Assembly: GCA_030141605.1 (NCBI GenBank)
Contig: JAQGDQ010002412.1
Location: forward strand, 1-46,320
DNA: 46,320 nucleotides
DNA from: Tubiluchus corallicola
Taxonomy: Eukaryota; Animalia; Priapulida
Direction: 5' to 3'
Shown here: one piece after another, positions 1 to 10,477 of the stretch
How the letters are laid out: every line of letters starts with the position of its first letter
How positions within the stretch are numbered: the first letter of the stretch is position 1
Notes under the pieces: model-generated
The model's input: only the letters and a program-made list of their open reading frames with translations
Databases searched by the model: none
Told to the model about the DNA's origin: nothing
Program-made: the position numbers and the translations under genes

Positions 1-393
1 ATTATAATCCCAGTAGTATTTTTTAGCGATTGGGGCATTAACTGGCTTTATGGAGAAGAATATCAAAAAGCAAGTGGTGTGTTAAAAATACATATTTTTT
101 CAGGTATATTTGTGTTTTTTGGAATAGCAATTTCGAAGTGGGAAATAGCAGAAAATCTTCTTAAAAATATTTTGGCCAGAACAACAATAGCAGCAATATT
201 GAATATAACTCTTAATTTTATCTTAATACCCAAATATAATATCGTAGGAGCAGCAATATCAACATTAATTTCATATGCCTTTGGAAGTTATTTCTGGTAT
301 GCCTTTCCAAAGAAAACAAGGCATATGTTTTTGTTAACCTTACAAAGCATAAATCCCACTGCTTTGTTACGCTATAATAAAAAGAATAAATAA
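1..393 (+). CDS. Wzx-like polysaccharide flippase, C-terminal part (5' truncated by window edge)
   Basis: Frame is open from base 1 (IIIPVVFFSDWGINWLYGEEYQKASGVLKIHIF...). Carries the NITLNFILIPKYNIVGAAISTLISY motif of the MATE/Wzx C-terminus. Confidence 0.85.
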   Translation: MIIPVVFFSDWGINWLYGEEYQKASGVLKIHIFSGIFVFFGIAISKWEIAENLLKNILARTTIAAILNITLNFILIPKYNIVGAAISTLISYAFGSYFWYAFPKKTRHMFLLTLQSINPTALLRYNKKNK

Positions 394-428
394 CTATGTT
401 AAGAACGGGTAAAATCACAGATTATATT

Positions 429-448
429 TAATTTTGCAATTATATTTG
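429..448 (+). promoter_or_regulatory. Bacteroidota sigma-A -7 element(s) for nadAB
   Basis: TAATTTTG (429-436) and TATATTTG (441-448) match TAnnTTTG, just upstream of the nadA ATG at 470. Confidence 0.5.
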
Positions 449-469
449 TATGATTTATATAAGTAAGTT

Positions 470-1447
470 ATGAGTTTCCAGCAGAAAGACAATGCTCCAG
501 TAGATAAAAGTGTAAATATAGAAGGAGAAGTAAAAAGAATTAAAAAAGAAAAGAATGCTATTATTTTGGGGCATTACTATTTAACCGCAGACTTGCAGGA
601 AATATCTGACTTTGTAGGAGATAGTTTGGAGCTTTCAAAACAAGCACAAAATACTCAGGCAGATATTATTATTTTTATGGGGGTGCATTTTATGGCAGAA
701 ACAGCAAAAATTTTAAACCCGAATAAAAAGGTTATTATTCCAGACCTAAATGCTTCTTGTTCATTGGCTGAATCTGCTCCTGCTGATGAATTTGCCAAAT
801 TTAAGCAGCAACACCCACAACATAAAGTTATTTCTTATATTAATTGCACAGCAGAAATAAAAGCATTGTCTGATGTGATTTGTACCTCTTCCAATGCAAA
901 GCATATTGTAGAGAGTTTTGCACCAGATGAAAAATTAATATTTGCACCAGATAAAAATCTAGGCAATTATATTAACAGCATTACAAATAGAAATATGCTG
1001 CTATGGGATGGGGCTTGCATGGTGCATGAACAGTATTCATTGGAAAAAATATTAAAATTAAAACAACAATATAGCAACGCCAAATTTATTGCTCATCCTG
1101 AGTGTGAGGCTCCTGTTTTGTTAATAGCAGATTTTGTTGGTTCCACCACAGCCCTATTGAAGTACACCCAAGAAGATGATGCACGGAAGTTTATTGTAGC
1201 GACTGAGAGTGGAATTTTTCATCAAATGAAAAAGAGAAGTCCAAACAAAACCTTTATTTCTGCCCCTATAGAAGACGCTTCATGTGGCTGCAACGATTGT
1301 GCATATATGAAATTAAACAATATGGAGAAGCTATACAATTGTTTAACAAACGAGCAACCCGAAATTATTCTTTCTCCAGATTTGATAGAGAAAGCAAAAT
1401 TTCCTATTTTGAAAATGTTAGAAATATCTAAAAATATTAAAAGATAG
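470..1447 (+). CDS. nadA: Quinolinate synthase A
   Basis: GHYY, VGDSLELS, GVHFMAETAKILNP, CSLA, YINC, CMVHE, HPEC and CAYMK motifs. Confidence 0.97.
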   Translation: MSFQQKDNAPVDKSVNIEGEVKRIKKEKNAIILGHYYLTADLQEISDFVGDSLELSKQAQNTQADIIIFMGVHFMAETAKILNPNKKVIIPDLNASCSLAESAPADEFAKFKQQHPQHKVISYINCTAEIKALSDVICTSSNAKHIVESFAPDEKLIFAPDKNLGNYINSITNRNMLLWDGACMVHEQYSLEKILKLKQQYSNAKFIAHPECEAPVLLIADFVGSTTALLKYTQEDDARKFIVATESGIFHQMKKRSPNKTFISAPIEDASCGCNDCAYMKLNNMEKLYNCLTNEQPEIILSPDLIEKAKFPILKMLEISKNIKR

Positions 1448-3060
1448 TGAAACATGTAATTAAATCCGATTTTTTGATTATCGGAAGTGGAGTAGCAGGT
1501 TTAAGCCTTGCCATTAAGCTTGCTGACATTGGAACAGTGAATCTCATTAGCAAGCAAGATATTACAGAAGGGAACACGCGCTATGCTCAAGGAGGAATAG
1601 CATCTGTAATATCATCAAAAGATAGCTTTAAAAAACATACTCAAGACACATTAATAGCTGGCGATGGATTATGCCATGAAGATGCTGTCAAAAAGGTTGT
1701 TGAAGAAGCTCCTGATAGAATTAAAGAACTTATCGAATGGGGGGTGAACTTTAGTAAAAAGAAAAACTCTAATGCATTTGATCTTGCCAAAGAAGCGGCG
1801 CATTCGGAAGCACGAATACTGCACTCAAATGACTTTACAGGGCTGGAAATAATGCAAAAGCTTTGTCGCATAGCAAAACAACATCCTAATATTTCTATTT
1901 ACGAATATCATTTTGCAGTAGAATTAATTACAGAGCATCATGTTTTAGGCAATTTGCAAGCAGCATTTAATATATGTTTTGGAGCATATATATTCAATGA
2001 AAAAAAACAAGCAATTTCCCCTTTTCAGTCAAACTATACCATACTTGCATCAGGAGGAGCTTCAGGAGCTTTTCAATATTCTACTAATCCTGCGGTTTCC
2101 ACAGGGGATGGTGTGGCAATGGCATATAGGGCGGGGGTAAGAGTTGCTGGAATGGAATTTGTTCAGTTTCATCCTACAACGCTCTATGATCTAAGCTCAA
2201 AAGATAAAAACTTTCTTATATCTGAAGCGTTAAGAGGGTTTGGAGGGCATTTGGTTGATGAAGAAGGTAATAGGTTTATGCATCATTATGATGAGAGAAT
2301 GGAGTTAGCCCCCAGAGACATAGTAGCTCGCGCTATTGATTCTGAAGTAAAAAAGAGAAGAATAGAGCATGTAAATCTCAGCATGTTGCACTTAGATAAA
2401 GATGAGGTGAAAGAGAGATTCCCAAATATATATAAGTATGTATTAGAGGCATTAAATATAGATATTACACAAACCCTTATTCCCGTTGTGCCAGCGGCAC
2501 ACTATACCTGTGGAGGGGTAATGACCTCTTTGACGGGACAAACAAGCATGCAAAATTTATTTGCTTGTGGTGAAGTTGCTCATACAGGAGTACACGGAGC
2601 AAACCGATTGGCAAGTAATAGTTTGATGGAAGCATTGGTTTTTGGCAATGCAATCACAATGAAAATTGCAGGAAAAAGAAAAAGACGGTTTTCACAGAGT
2701 TATAAAGACATATTTATTCCTGAATGGGACGAGACAGGAGTGAAAAACCATTATGAATGGACGCTGATACGGCACAATTTTAAAGAAATAAAACATTTAA
2801 TGTGGGACTATGTGGGAATTGTACGTTCTAAAAAGCAACTAGAAAGGGCTTATAGGCGCTTAAGAGTTATACATGAAGAAGTGGAGGACTATTACAAACG
2901 CTCTACAGCTACCTCAGACCTATTAGAATTGCGAAACCTTTCTACAGTTGCCCATATTATTGTGCGTTCTGCTTTGCGGCGTAATGAGAGCAGGGGGCTG
3001 CATTATATGCTTGATTTTCCTAACAAAGATGATAAATTTTTAAAAGATACTATTATTTAA
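1447..3060 (+). CDS. nadB: L-aspartate oxidase
   Basis: GSGVAG FAD motif, YAQGGIA, QFHPT, LISEALRG, ELAPRDIVARAI, GVHGANRLASNSL, ESRGLHY. Abuts nadA. Confidence 0.97.
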   Translation: MKHVIKSDFLIIGSGVAGLSLAIKLADIGTVNLISKQDITEGNTRYAQGGIASVISSKDSFKKHTQDTLIAGDGLCHEDAVKKVVEEAPDRIKELIEWGVNFSKKKNSNAFDLAKEAAHSEARILHSNDFTGLEIMQKLCRIAKQHPNISIYEYHFAVELITEHHVLGNLQAAFNICFGAYIFNEKKQAISPFQSNYTILASGGASGAFQYSTNPAVSTGDGVAMAYRAGVRVAGMEFVQFHPTTLYDLSSKDKNFLISEALRGFGGHLVDEEGNRFMHHYDERMELAPRDIVARAIDSEVKKRRIEHVNLSMLHLDKDEVKERFPNIYKYVLEALNIDITQTLIPVVPAAHYTCGGVMTSLTGQTSMQNLFACGEVAHTGVHGANRLASNSLMEALVFGNAITMKIAGKRKRRFSQSYKDIFIPEWDETGVKNHYEWTLIRHNFKEIKHLMWDYVGIVRSKKQLERAYRRLRVIHEEVEDYYKRSTATSDLLELRNLSTVAHIIVRSALRRNESRGLHYMLDFPNKDDKFLKDTII

Positions 3061-3191
3061 TTTATTTTACAATGCGCTTTTGATAATTTTAAAATAAAAA
3101 AATAGAGAAATAGTTATTATTAGTTGATATTTTTATTTAAAATTATTTTTAATATTTAAAACATAGGTTTCAAAAAAAAAATAAATAGGCA

Positions 3192-4067
3192 ATGAACAAG
3201 TCAATGACAGGATATGGGTTGGAAAAATACATTGATGAGGGTGTAGAGATTAGCGTAGAGATAAAAACCATCAACTCTAAGTTTTTAGATTGTGTATTAT
3301 TACTTCCTAAATTTTTAAGCTCAAAAGAGATAGAAATAAGAAAGATGTTAAGCGAGATGCTGGAACGAGGGAAAGTGGTAATAAGCATCAAATATGAAAA
3401 CAAACAGACTCCAATTGCAAAAGTGGAGCATAACAAAAGTTTGTTTTTAAAATATTATAAGCAAGTAAAAGAGTTAATGGATGAAGTAGGGGGACAAAAA
3501 GAAGGATTGGCACAAATTGTGTTGCAATATCCAGATGTTACCGACATTGTTCAAGATACTAACCAGTTGGGAGAGAAATGGGGAAATGTCAGGGAAGCTA
3601 TCATAAATGCTATTAAAAAATGCGATGAGCATAGAATTGAAGAAGGAGCTGCTATGACTCAAGGAATATCAACCTATATTCAAGAGATAAAAAATAACAT
3701 TGCTGTTATAGAGCAGTATGAAACAGAACGGATTGAAACTATAAAAGACAGAATTTATCAATCATTGAGTAAAGCAAAAATTGAAGAAATTAACAGGGAT
3801 AGATTTGAACAAGAACTTATATACTACCTTGAAAAACTTGATATTACAGAAGAAAAACTTCGCCTAAGCAATCATTTAGAATATTTTATGAAAATTTTAA
3901 ATAGCCCTAATTCAGAGGGGAAAAAATTGACTTTCATTTCACAAGAAATAGGACGAGAAATAAACACGTTGGGATCAAAAGCTAACCACGCTCAAATTCA
4001 AAAAATTGTAGTGAACATGAAAGAACAGTTAGAAAAGGTGAAGGAGCAGATGAGTAATATTCTGTAA
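3192..4067 (+). CDS. yicC: YicC/YloC family endoribonuclease
   Basis: SMTGYG N-terminus; LDITEEKLRL and GKKLTFISQEIGREINTLGSKA C-terminus. Confidence 0.93.
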   Translation: MNKSMTGYGLEKYIDEGVEISVEIKTINSKFLDCVLLLPKFLSSKEIEIRKMLSEMLERGKVVISIKYENKQTPIAKVEHNKSLFLKYYKQVKELMDEVGGQKEGLAQIVLQYPDVTDIVQDTNQLGEKWGNVREAIINAIKKCDEHRIEEGAAMTQGISTYIQEIKNNIAVIEQYETERIETIKDRIYQSLSKAKIEEINRDRFEQELIYYLEKLDITEEKLRLSNHLEYFMKILNSPNSEGKKLTFISQEIGREINTLGSKANHAQIQKIVVNMKEQLEKVKEQMSNIL

Positions 4068-4080
4068 TGTTTTAAATTTA

Positions 4081-5205
4081 ATGGCAGGTATATACATTCA
4101 CATTCCATTTTGTAAGCAAGCATGTTACTACTGTGATTTTCATTTTAGCACCGTTATAAAATACCAACCTCAAATAGTAAGAGCAATAGCAAAGGAGATA
4201 GGTTTGCAAAAGAACTATCTTGACGACAAAGTAATAAATACCATATATTTTGGAGGGGGAACTCCTTCATTACTTCAAGAAAAAGAGATATATTTATTGA
4301 TAGATAAAATTTACCAAAACTTCAATGTATGCAGTGAAGCGGAAATAACATTAGAAGCGAACCCTGACGATATAACTACGGAGAAATTAAAATTTTGGAG
4401 AAGCAATCAAATCAATAGGTTAAGTATTGGAATTCAATCTTTCAATGATGAGAACTTAAAATTTTTACATCGTTTTCACAATGCTCAACAAGCAATGGAT
4501 GCTATAGAGGCATCAAAATATTTTTTTTCAAATATAAGCATAGATATAATTTATGCCATTCCAACATCAGATTTTACAATATTGGAACAGGACTTACAAA
4601 TTGCTATGTCATACGATTTACCGCACATTTCTGCCTATTGCCTTACCATAGAACCTAATACTGTTTTTGGAAAAAGGAACACTCAAAATAGGGGAGGTTG
4701 TTTAAGTGAAAAGTTTGAAATAGAGCAATATACGCATCTTACTAATGTGTTAAGAGAAAAGAGGTATATCCAATATGAAATATCGAATTTTGCAAAACCT
4801 GGTTTTTTTTCTAAGCATAACAGTAATTATTGGAAGCACGAACATTATCTTGGGATAGGTCCGGGGGCACACTCTTTTAATGGAAATTTGAGGCAATTTA
4901 ATATCTCTAATAATCATATTTATAGGCGCAGTATTGATAATAACATTGTTCCTTATAAAGCGGAGGAATTGACAAAGGAGAATTTAGCAAATGAATATAT
5001 TATGACTGGCTTGCGGACTATAGAAGGGGTAAGCTTAGAAGTATTGGGAAAAAAATATGAATATGATTTGTTAAAAAACAATGATGATGCAATAAAACAA
5101 TATGTTTCATTAGGTTTAGTGCATATTTCTCATAATATGCTGCGGCTTACAGAACAAGGAAAATTATTATCAGACAAAATAAGCTCATCGTTCTTTAGAA
5201 ATTGA
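4081..5205 (+). CDS. hemW: Radical SAM heme chaperone HemW (HemN-like)
   Basis: YIHIPFCKQACYYCDF, YFGGGTPS, YEISNFA and HNSNYW motifs. Confidence 0.93.
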   Translation: MAGIYIHIPFCKQACYYCDFHFSTVIKYQPQIVRAIAKEIGLQKNYLDDKVINTIYFGGGTPSLLQEKEIYLLIDKIYQNFNVCSEAEITLEANPDDITTEKLKFWRSNQINRLSIGIQSFNDENLKFLHRFHNAQQAMDAIEASKYFFSNISIDIIYAIPTSDFTILEQDLQIAMSYDLPHISAYCLTIEPNTVFGKRNTQNRGGCLSEKFEIEQYTHLTNVLREKRYIQYEISNFAKPGFFSKHNSNYWKHEHYLGIGPGAHSFNGNLRQFNISNNHIYRRSIDNNIVPYKAEELTKENLANEYIMTGLRTIEGVSLEVLGKKYEYDLLKNNDDAIKQYVSLGLVHISHNMLRLTEQGKLLSDKISSSFFRN

Positions 5206-5901
5206 TTTTTTCCCGCTATTTATTTGGTAGGTATAATTTAGTGCAAAATGCCACCAAACGTTTTGAGTCTTTTCAAATAAAAAATCTTTAGGAGCAATAA
5301 CATTTGATATGCCTAAAGCGAAGCGTGTTTCTACAAATATAAAGCTCTTCTTTAATTTCACTCCTGCTCCTGGTCCAACAATAAATCCTAACTCAAACCT
5401 ATTATCTTGTTCGCTAAAATGGTATGCTCCGTCTTCTATGACTATGTTGTCTTCTGTTAGCGTTTGTTTTGCCGAGAAAGCATATGCGGCGTATGGTCCA
5501 AGATTAAAAAATATTGAAAACATCTTGATATCGAATGAAACATTGGTTAGAGCAATAAATTCCATGTAATTAATTTTTCTTATTAAATCTTGTTCTACAA
5601 ATGTGATAGTGTTATTGGCACTAGAACTTTGTCTTTCCTCCGTACCATTGGAGTGCCACCCTTTACCAGAGTAGTTAATTTCAAATTGCAATCCAAAATA
5701 TGGCTCTATTAGTGTGTTTGCCACTATTCCAAAGGTTGGCTGTTGAATATAATGTATTTTTTTATACCTATATTCTAGATTATTTGAGGTTATTATTTTG
5801 GAAAGGTTCAGTCCTCCTTTTAGCCCAACATACGTTTGCCCAAGCACGGAAATAGAGGTGCACAAGCAGAAAAATAAGATAATGAAGTGTTTATATTTCA
5901 T
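5185..5901 (-). CDS. Outer-membrane beta-barrel protein (PorT-like porin family)
   Basis: Signal peptide, GLKGGLNLS first strand, alternating aromatic strands, C-terminal ALNYTYQI. Confidence 0.75.
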   Translation of the reverse strand: MKYKHFIILFFCLCTSISVLGQTYVGLKGGLNLSKIITSNNLEYRYKKIHYIQQPTFGIVANTLIEPYFGLQFEINYSGKGWHSNGTEERQSSSANNTITFVEQDLIRKINYMEFIALTNVSFDIKMFSIFFNLGPYAAYAFSAKQTLTEDNIVIEDGAYHFSEQDNRFELGFIVGPGAGVKLKKSFIFVETRFALGISNVIAPKDFLFEKTQNVWWHFALNYTYQINSGKKSISKER

Positions 5902-6613
5902 TTTTTTTGTTGAGTAATAGTTCTACGGTCTTTTCTAAAAGGGATTCTATAGTATAAATAATAATTTAATCCCCATGTACTTTTGTTTGATTTTTTCCCA
6001 TACCCTACAATGTAATACGGAGACAAAGTGTCATTGCCCTTTATAGAGGGTTGAAGTTTATAGCGCCCTGTAACACCTAAAAACACATTATCAAATACCC
6101 TTACCTTCACCCCAATACAAAACTCCAACCAACGAGCCCTTAGCCTTTCATTTGTTGTTTGCATTTTCTCCACGTTCCAATATGTTTGTTGTGCTATTGC
6201 ATTATGGGTATAATATGATAAATCTTCTTTTTCTGTGGCAAAGGCATATCTAACACCAACAAAAAAAGCATTGTCCAGAGTGTCAGTTGCTCTTAAAAAA
6301 TTATGTTCTATTCCTATTTTGTAAAACTTCCCTTAACTTTATACTGGTACAGACTGTCCTCTTGTAAATTATATGTACTATAGCCAGCATCAAAAACTAA
6401 TAAATATTTATAAAAATCTATATCTACGTTCCCCTCTAGCCTATATACCTCATTAAACATATATGAATAAACCCAACTTCCCGCATCAAAACCAAGTTTT
6501 ATACCTGTAGGCATATACTTTTTTGCTTTTACGCTGTCACCTTGTCCTTGAGCAGATAAACAGCCTAATAACAAGTGAGCACTCAATATAAAATTAATAG
6601 TATATTTTAACAT
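5898..6613 (-). CDS. DUF6048-like outer-membrane protein, split by one frameshift near 6323-6326
   Basis: ORFs 6314-6613 and 5898-6173 join if one T is added to the coding-strand T4 run (AGT TTT TAC AAA ATA GGA...). The joined frame reads through DNAFFVGVRYA to WLEF and WGLNYYLYYRIP. Neighbour of DUF6452. Confidence 0.75.
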
Positions 6614-7109
6614 TTGCAGAGTCTAAAATGGTTAGCTTTTGTTTTACTAATTGGTAATCGGCAAAAGTTGTTTCTTTGACATTAAGATCATCAAAAATTA
6701 AGTCTATGCCACACTCTGGAGTTATCATCTTTTGTTTTTTTGTATAGGAGATGGTCATCTCTTCTTTATATGGGTCTAAGTGTTTGGGTGGAGTATAGAT
6801 AGTGTCCTCATCAATAATTGTTATTTTTCGAAGATAGAGATGAAAAACCGTTGTATCATTTGATGGGTTGACAGGCATGTATAGTGTAGAAATTATTGTA
6901 TCATGATAAAATATAGCATCATTCCCATCCATAAACAGTCTGTCCATATGAACTTCTTTTTTTTCTGTTACTGTGGTGCCACTTTCATATAAATGCGTAT
7001 AAAACTGCACATTTATCAAGTTGTCGCTATTAGACACACAGTCTTCTCTAGTGCAAGAAATAGTGAAGATTATAGATAATACAGAAAGTGATATTATATA
7101 TTTTTGCAT
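6594..7109 (-). CDS. DUF6452-like lipoprotein
   Basis: Lipobox (ISC-TREDC), ITPECG motif and NVKIYY C-terminus. Usual partner of DUF6048. Confidence 0.75.
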   Translation of the reverse strand: MQKYIISLSVLSIIFTISCTREDCVSNSDNLINVQFYTHLYESGTTVTEKKEVHMDRLFMDGNDAIFYHDTIISTLYMPVNPSNDTTVFHLYLRKITIIDEDTIYTPPKHLDPYKEEMTISYTKKQKMITPECGIDLIFDDLNVKETTFADYQLVKQKLTILDSANVKIYY

Positions 7110-7146
7110 TTTTAAAGAAAAAAGAAAAGATATTATAATTATACGT

Positions 7147-7154
7147 CAAAGTTA
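7147..7154 (-). promoter_or_regulatory. Bacteroidota -7 promoter element
   Basis: TAACTTTG on the minus strand, about 40 nt upstream of the DUF6452 start. Confidence 0.55.
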
Positions 7155-7301
7155 TAAAATAAAACCTTTTGTTGATTGAAAACAGTTAAAAAAGTGTGTT
7201 GTTCTCTTAAGACCTTGCCATTTATTCTTAAAAAATAGTTATGTTCACAAATATTATAATGAAAAATAAAGGTTTTAATGAGGGAATATAGGTAGAATGA
7301 T

Positions 7302-7309
7302 TAGCTTTG
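7302..7309 (+). promoter_or_regulatory. Bacteroidota -7 promoter element
   Basis: TAGCTTTG. Favours the ATG at 7328 over the TTG at 7307 as start codon. Confidence 0.55.
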
Positions 7310-7327
7310 TACAACAAACATTTAATT

Positions 7328-8449
7328 ATGAATAGACAGGCATTACAAAAAAATCCACTTTATTTGCTTATTGCATTTGTATTTATTCTTATTATAGGAT
7401 TTACCATTATAGGTCCTTTATTGGGCGTGATTTTTATTTTATCCTTCTCTAACGTTGACTTTGCAACAATTCAAGATATTTTTTCAAACACAAATTTGTA
7501 TTTGTCTTCAGATTACAAAAAGATTTTATTAATGCTACAAATGGGCATTTCTATTGGTACTTTTGTTGCCCCTCCTTTATTGTTCATGCTCCTTTTTCGA
7601 AAAACTTCTATGTTAGAAAGAAACATACCTAAATGGGATATTTTGCTATTTACTTGCATTATTACATTGAGTTTTATGATGTTAAACACTGTTTTTATAA
7701 AGTGGAACATGGAGGTTGCATTGCCTGATTTTTTATCTGATTTTGAGGAACGAGTGAAATTGTATGAAAAACAGGCTGAAAAAATAACATCTTTCTTTAC
7801 TAATTTTGATACTCTTTCTTATTTTCTTCTTGCAGTGGTGGTTATTGCCATAGTGCCTGCTGTGGGAGAGGAGCTTACTTTCAGATTTATCATCCAAAAA
7901 CTTTTATTTAATAGTCTAAAAAATATACATGTTGCTATATGGATATCTGCTATTGTATTTAGTGCTTTTCATTTTCAATTTTATGGATTTTTACCTAGAG
8001 TGTTGTTAGGGGCATTATTTGGATATCTATACTACTATTCAAAATCTATTGTTGTGCCTATATTGGCACATTTTGTCAATAATAGTTTTTTTTTAGTCAT
8101 GATATATGCCTTTGAACAAGGGGGTATAACAACGGATGTGTCTTCTAATGATCTACCTGGCATAGAAGTATTATTGGTTGCTTTGTTTGTTTTTGCGTTC
8201 ACATTCTATATTTTTCGTAAAAAATATAAGGGCAGGCAAAAAAAAGGTGACAAATGGGCGATGGTATACCAGTCTTCATCTCCTACGCAGTGCGAAATTT
8301 ATAAAGGAATGTTACAAGAACATGATATTCCTGCTGTGGTAATAAATCATAGAGATTCTTCCTTTTTGCAATTTGGACAATGTGAAGTTCTTGTCCCGAA
8401 AGAGTTTAAGTCAAAAGCAACGGCATTAATATCTTCTCAACAAAACTAA
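7328..8449 (+). CDS. CPBP (CAAX/Abi) intramembrane metalloprotease with C-terminal DUF2007-like domain
   Basis: EELTFR, FSAFHF and HFVNN CPBP motifs. The tail WAMVY...EIYKGMLQEHDIPAVVINHRDSS...GQCEVLV resembles DUF2007. Confidence 0.85.
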   Translation: MNRQALQKNPLYLLIAFVFILIIGFTIIGPLLGVIFILSFSNVDFATIQDIFSNTNLYLSSDYKKILLMLQMGISIGTFVAPPLLFMLLFRKTSMLERNIPKWDILLFTCIITLSFMMLNTVFIKWNMEVALPDFLSDFEERVKLYEKQAEKITSFFTNFDTLSYFLLAVVVIAIVPAVGEELTFRFIIQKLLFNSLKNIHVAIWISAIVFSAFHFQFYGFLPRVLLGALFGYLYYYSKSIVVPILAHFVNNSFFLVMIYAFEQGGITTDVSSNDLPGIEVLLVALFVFAFTFYIFRKKYKGRQKKGDKWAMVYQSSSPTQCEIYKGMLQEHDIPAVVINHRDSSFLQFGQCEVLVPKEFKSKATALISSQQN

Positions 8450-8454
8450 AAAAA

Positions 8455-8940
8455 TTACCTTTGATCCTCCATATCATCAGAAGATAGTTGTGATTCTATA
8501 ATTAGGTTGTCTAAATTATTAAGTACATTAGTAAACCTGTCATTAATCATGTTTTCAAGCTCTATAGGCATGACTTTTTGTGCATACAGTTCTCCACTTG
8601 GTGTTTTATAAAACTTCAATATATTTTTTATATTTTTTTCAGAAAAATCTTCATCATACAGGGCTATTAGCTCTTCTTCTGTAATAAGGTTGTTAGTCTC
8701 TTTAATTATTATATCCATAATAATGTTTACAGTTTCCATTCCGCCGATTGACTCTTGATTTTGAACCAACTGTTGCTTTATGCTATTTACGTTCTCATCT
8801 ATAATTTTCTTTATTTTATCTTCTTCTTGCGATAGGGCAAGAATTTGTTTAATATTTTCTTGTTTTTGTTGAGCATAGATTACATTAGAAGCAAGAGTAA
8901 CTAATGTAAAAAATGCAATAAATAAATATGTTTTTTTCAT
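8455..8940 (-). CDS. DUF2059 domain exported protein
   Basis: Signal peptide and LYDEDFSEKNIKNILKFYKTPSG motif. Confidence 0.75.
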   Translation of the reverse strand: MKKTYLFIAFFTLVTLASNVIYAQQKQENIKQILALSQEEDKIKKIIDENVNSIKQQLVQNQESIGGMETVNIIMDIIIKETNNLITEEELIALYDEDFSEKNIKNILKFYKTPSGELYAQKVMPIELENMINDRFTNVLNNLDNLIIESQLSSDDMEDQR

Positions 8941-8980
8941 GTTTCTACTTAATATATTTGAGCATCTTGTTAATTTAGTG

Positions 8981-10477
8981 TTAGTGTATACCTTTCATTA
9001 GTCTGCCTAATACGGGTGAAAGCACTAATAATACCAATCCTCCCCCCAGCGAAGTTACAGTAAGAAAGCTATATAGTTCTAAATCATAAGCATTAAGAAT
9101 GCTTTCTAATGTTCCTGCCAGGTAGTTTCCTAAGGCAATAGACCCCATCCACAGTCCCATCATGGCTGATACTATTTTAGCAGGGGCTAATTTGGTTATC
9201 ATAGATAAACCTACAGGAGACAAACATAATTCTCCCATAGTGTGCAACACAAATACTGCCACCAACCAAAGAGGAGATACTAAGTGTCCTTCGGCTGATT
9301 GTACTTTGCCTAAATACATTACAAAAAAACCTAAACTTAAAAGCAATAATCCAATGCTAAATTTAACTGCTGTTCTTGGGTTTTTGTTGGCTTTAGATAG
9401 TTTTATCCATAATAGTGAAAATAAGGGGGCTAATGTTACAATTGCAATAGCATTGATGGACTGAAACCATGATGCTGGCACTTCCGCGCCAAATACTGTC
9501 CTATCAGTGTTTTGTTCTGCAAACAGGTTAAATGTTCCTCCAGCTTGCTCAAACCCAGCCCAAAACAGCACATGGAAAAATGCTAATACTAAAATGACGC
9601 TTACTCTATTCCATTCAACCGTGCCCTCTGTGTTTTTAACTATCACAAATAATAGATATGCTGCTCCGCCTATCATTGCTACAAATGTAATGATAGACTG
9701 TATTGTGTCAGGAAGTATTGACCAGAGCGAAAGTACTGCAAAAATGGCAACTGCTGTAGCTACTGTATACAATCCTATGTCAATCCAATCTCTTTTAATT
9801 AGTTGAGTACTGTTTTTTTCTCGTTTGGGTGGTAGTCCTACGTGAAGTAGTGTTTTGGCGTGACGGGAATAGAACCACAGAATAGAAATTAACATACCTG
9901 TGCCAGCTGCCGCAAACCCATATTGCCACCCTATATTTTCACCTAATCCGCCAGCAACAATTGGAGAAAGAAAAGCCCCTAAATTAATGCCCATATAAAA
10001 GATAGTAAATCCGCCATCTTTTCTTGCGTCATTAGAAGGGTATAACCCACCTACCATAGTAGAAATGTTAGGTTTAAAATAACCATTGCCAAAGACAATC
10101 AATCCTAACCCTAAGTGAAATAACGCCTCTCGCCCAACAAGCCCTGCCTCATTACCACCATACTCCACACTTGCGGCAAGTACAAATTGTCCCAAAGCCA
10201 TAAGAAGTCCACCTATAAAAATAGCTTTGCGTTGTCCTAATACTTTATCTGCCAATAGTCCACCAATGATGGGAGTAATGTAGACTAATGCAGTGAATAT
10301 AGCGTAAATTTCCAAAGCATGCTCGCGCATACTGAAACCTCCTCTTTCATAACTAGCTGTAAGGTATAATACCAATAGAGCTCGCATGCCATAATAACTG
10401 AAACGCTCCCAAAGTTCTGTTGAAAACAACGTGAGAAGTCCTATTGGATGCCCAAAAAAACTTTTCTTATTACTCAT
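8981..10477 (-). CDS. POT/PTR family proton-dependent di-/tripeptide MFS transporter
   Basis: GHPIGL, ELWERFSYYGMR (ExxERF), FKPNIS, FYMGINLG and GELCLSPVGLS. Confidence 0.95.
   Translation of the reverse strand: MSNKKSFFGHPIGLLTLFSTELWERFSYYGMRALLVLYLTASYERGGFSMREHALEIYAIFTALVYITPIIGGLLADKVLGQRKAIFIGGLLMALGQFVLAASVEYGGNEAGLVGREALFHLGLGLIVFGNGYFKPNISTMVGGLYPSNDARKDGGFTIFYMGINLGAFLSPIVAGGLGENIGWQYGFAAAGTGMLISILWFYSRHAKTLLHVGLPPKREKNSTQLIKRDWIDIGLYTVATAVAIFAVLSLWSILPDTIQSIITFVAMIGGAAYLLFVIVKNTEGTVEWNRVSVILVLAFFHVLFWAGFEQAGGTFNLFAEQNTDRTVFGAEVPASWFQSINAIAIVTLAPLFSLLWIKLSKANKNPRTAVKFSIGLLLLSLGFFVMYLGKVQSAEGHLVSPLWLVAVFVLHTMGELCLSPVGLSMITKLAPAKIVSAMMGLWMGSIALGNYLAGTLESILNAYDLELYSFLTVTSLGGGLVLLVLSPVLGRLMKGIH

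Noticed and set aside
7328-8449. Abi anti-phage defence gene
   Set aside because: The CPBP/Abi family name is historical; this is a widespread membrane protease with no defence-island context.
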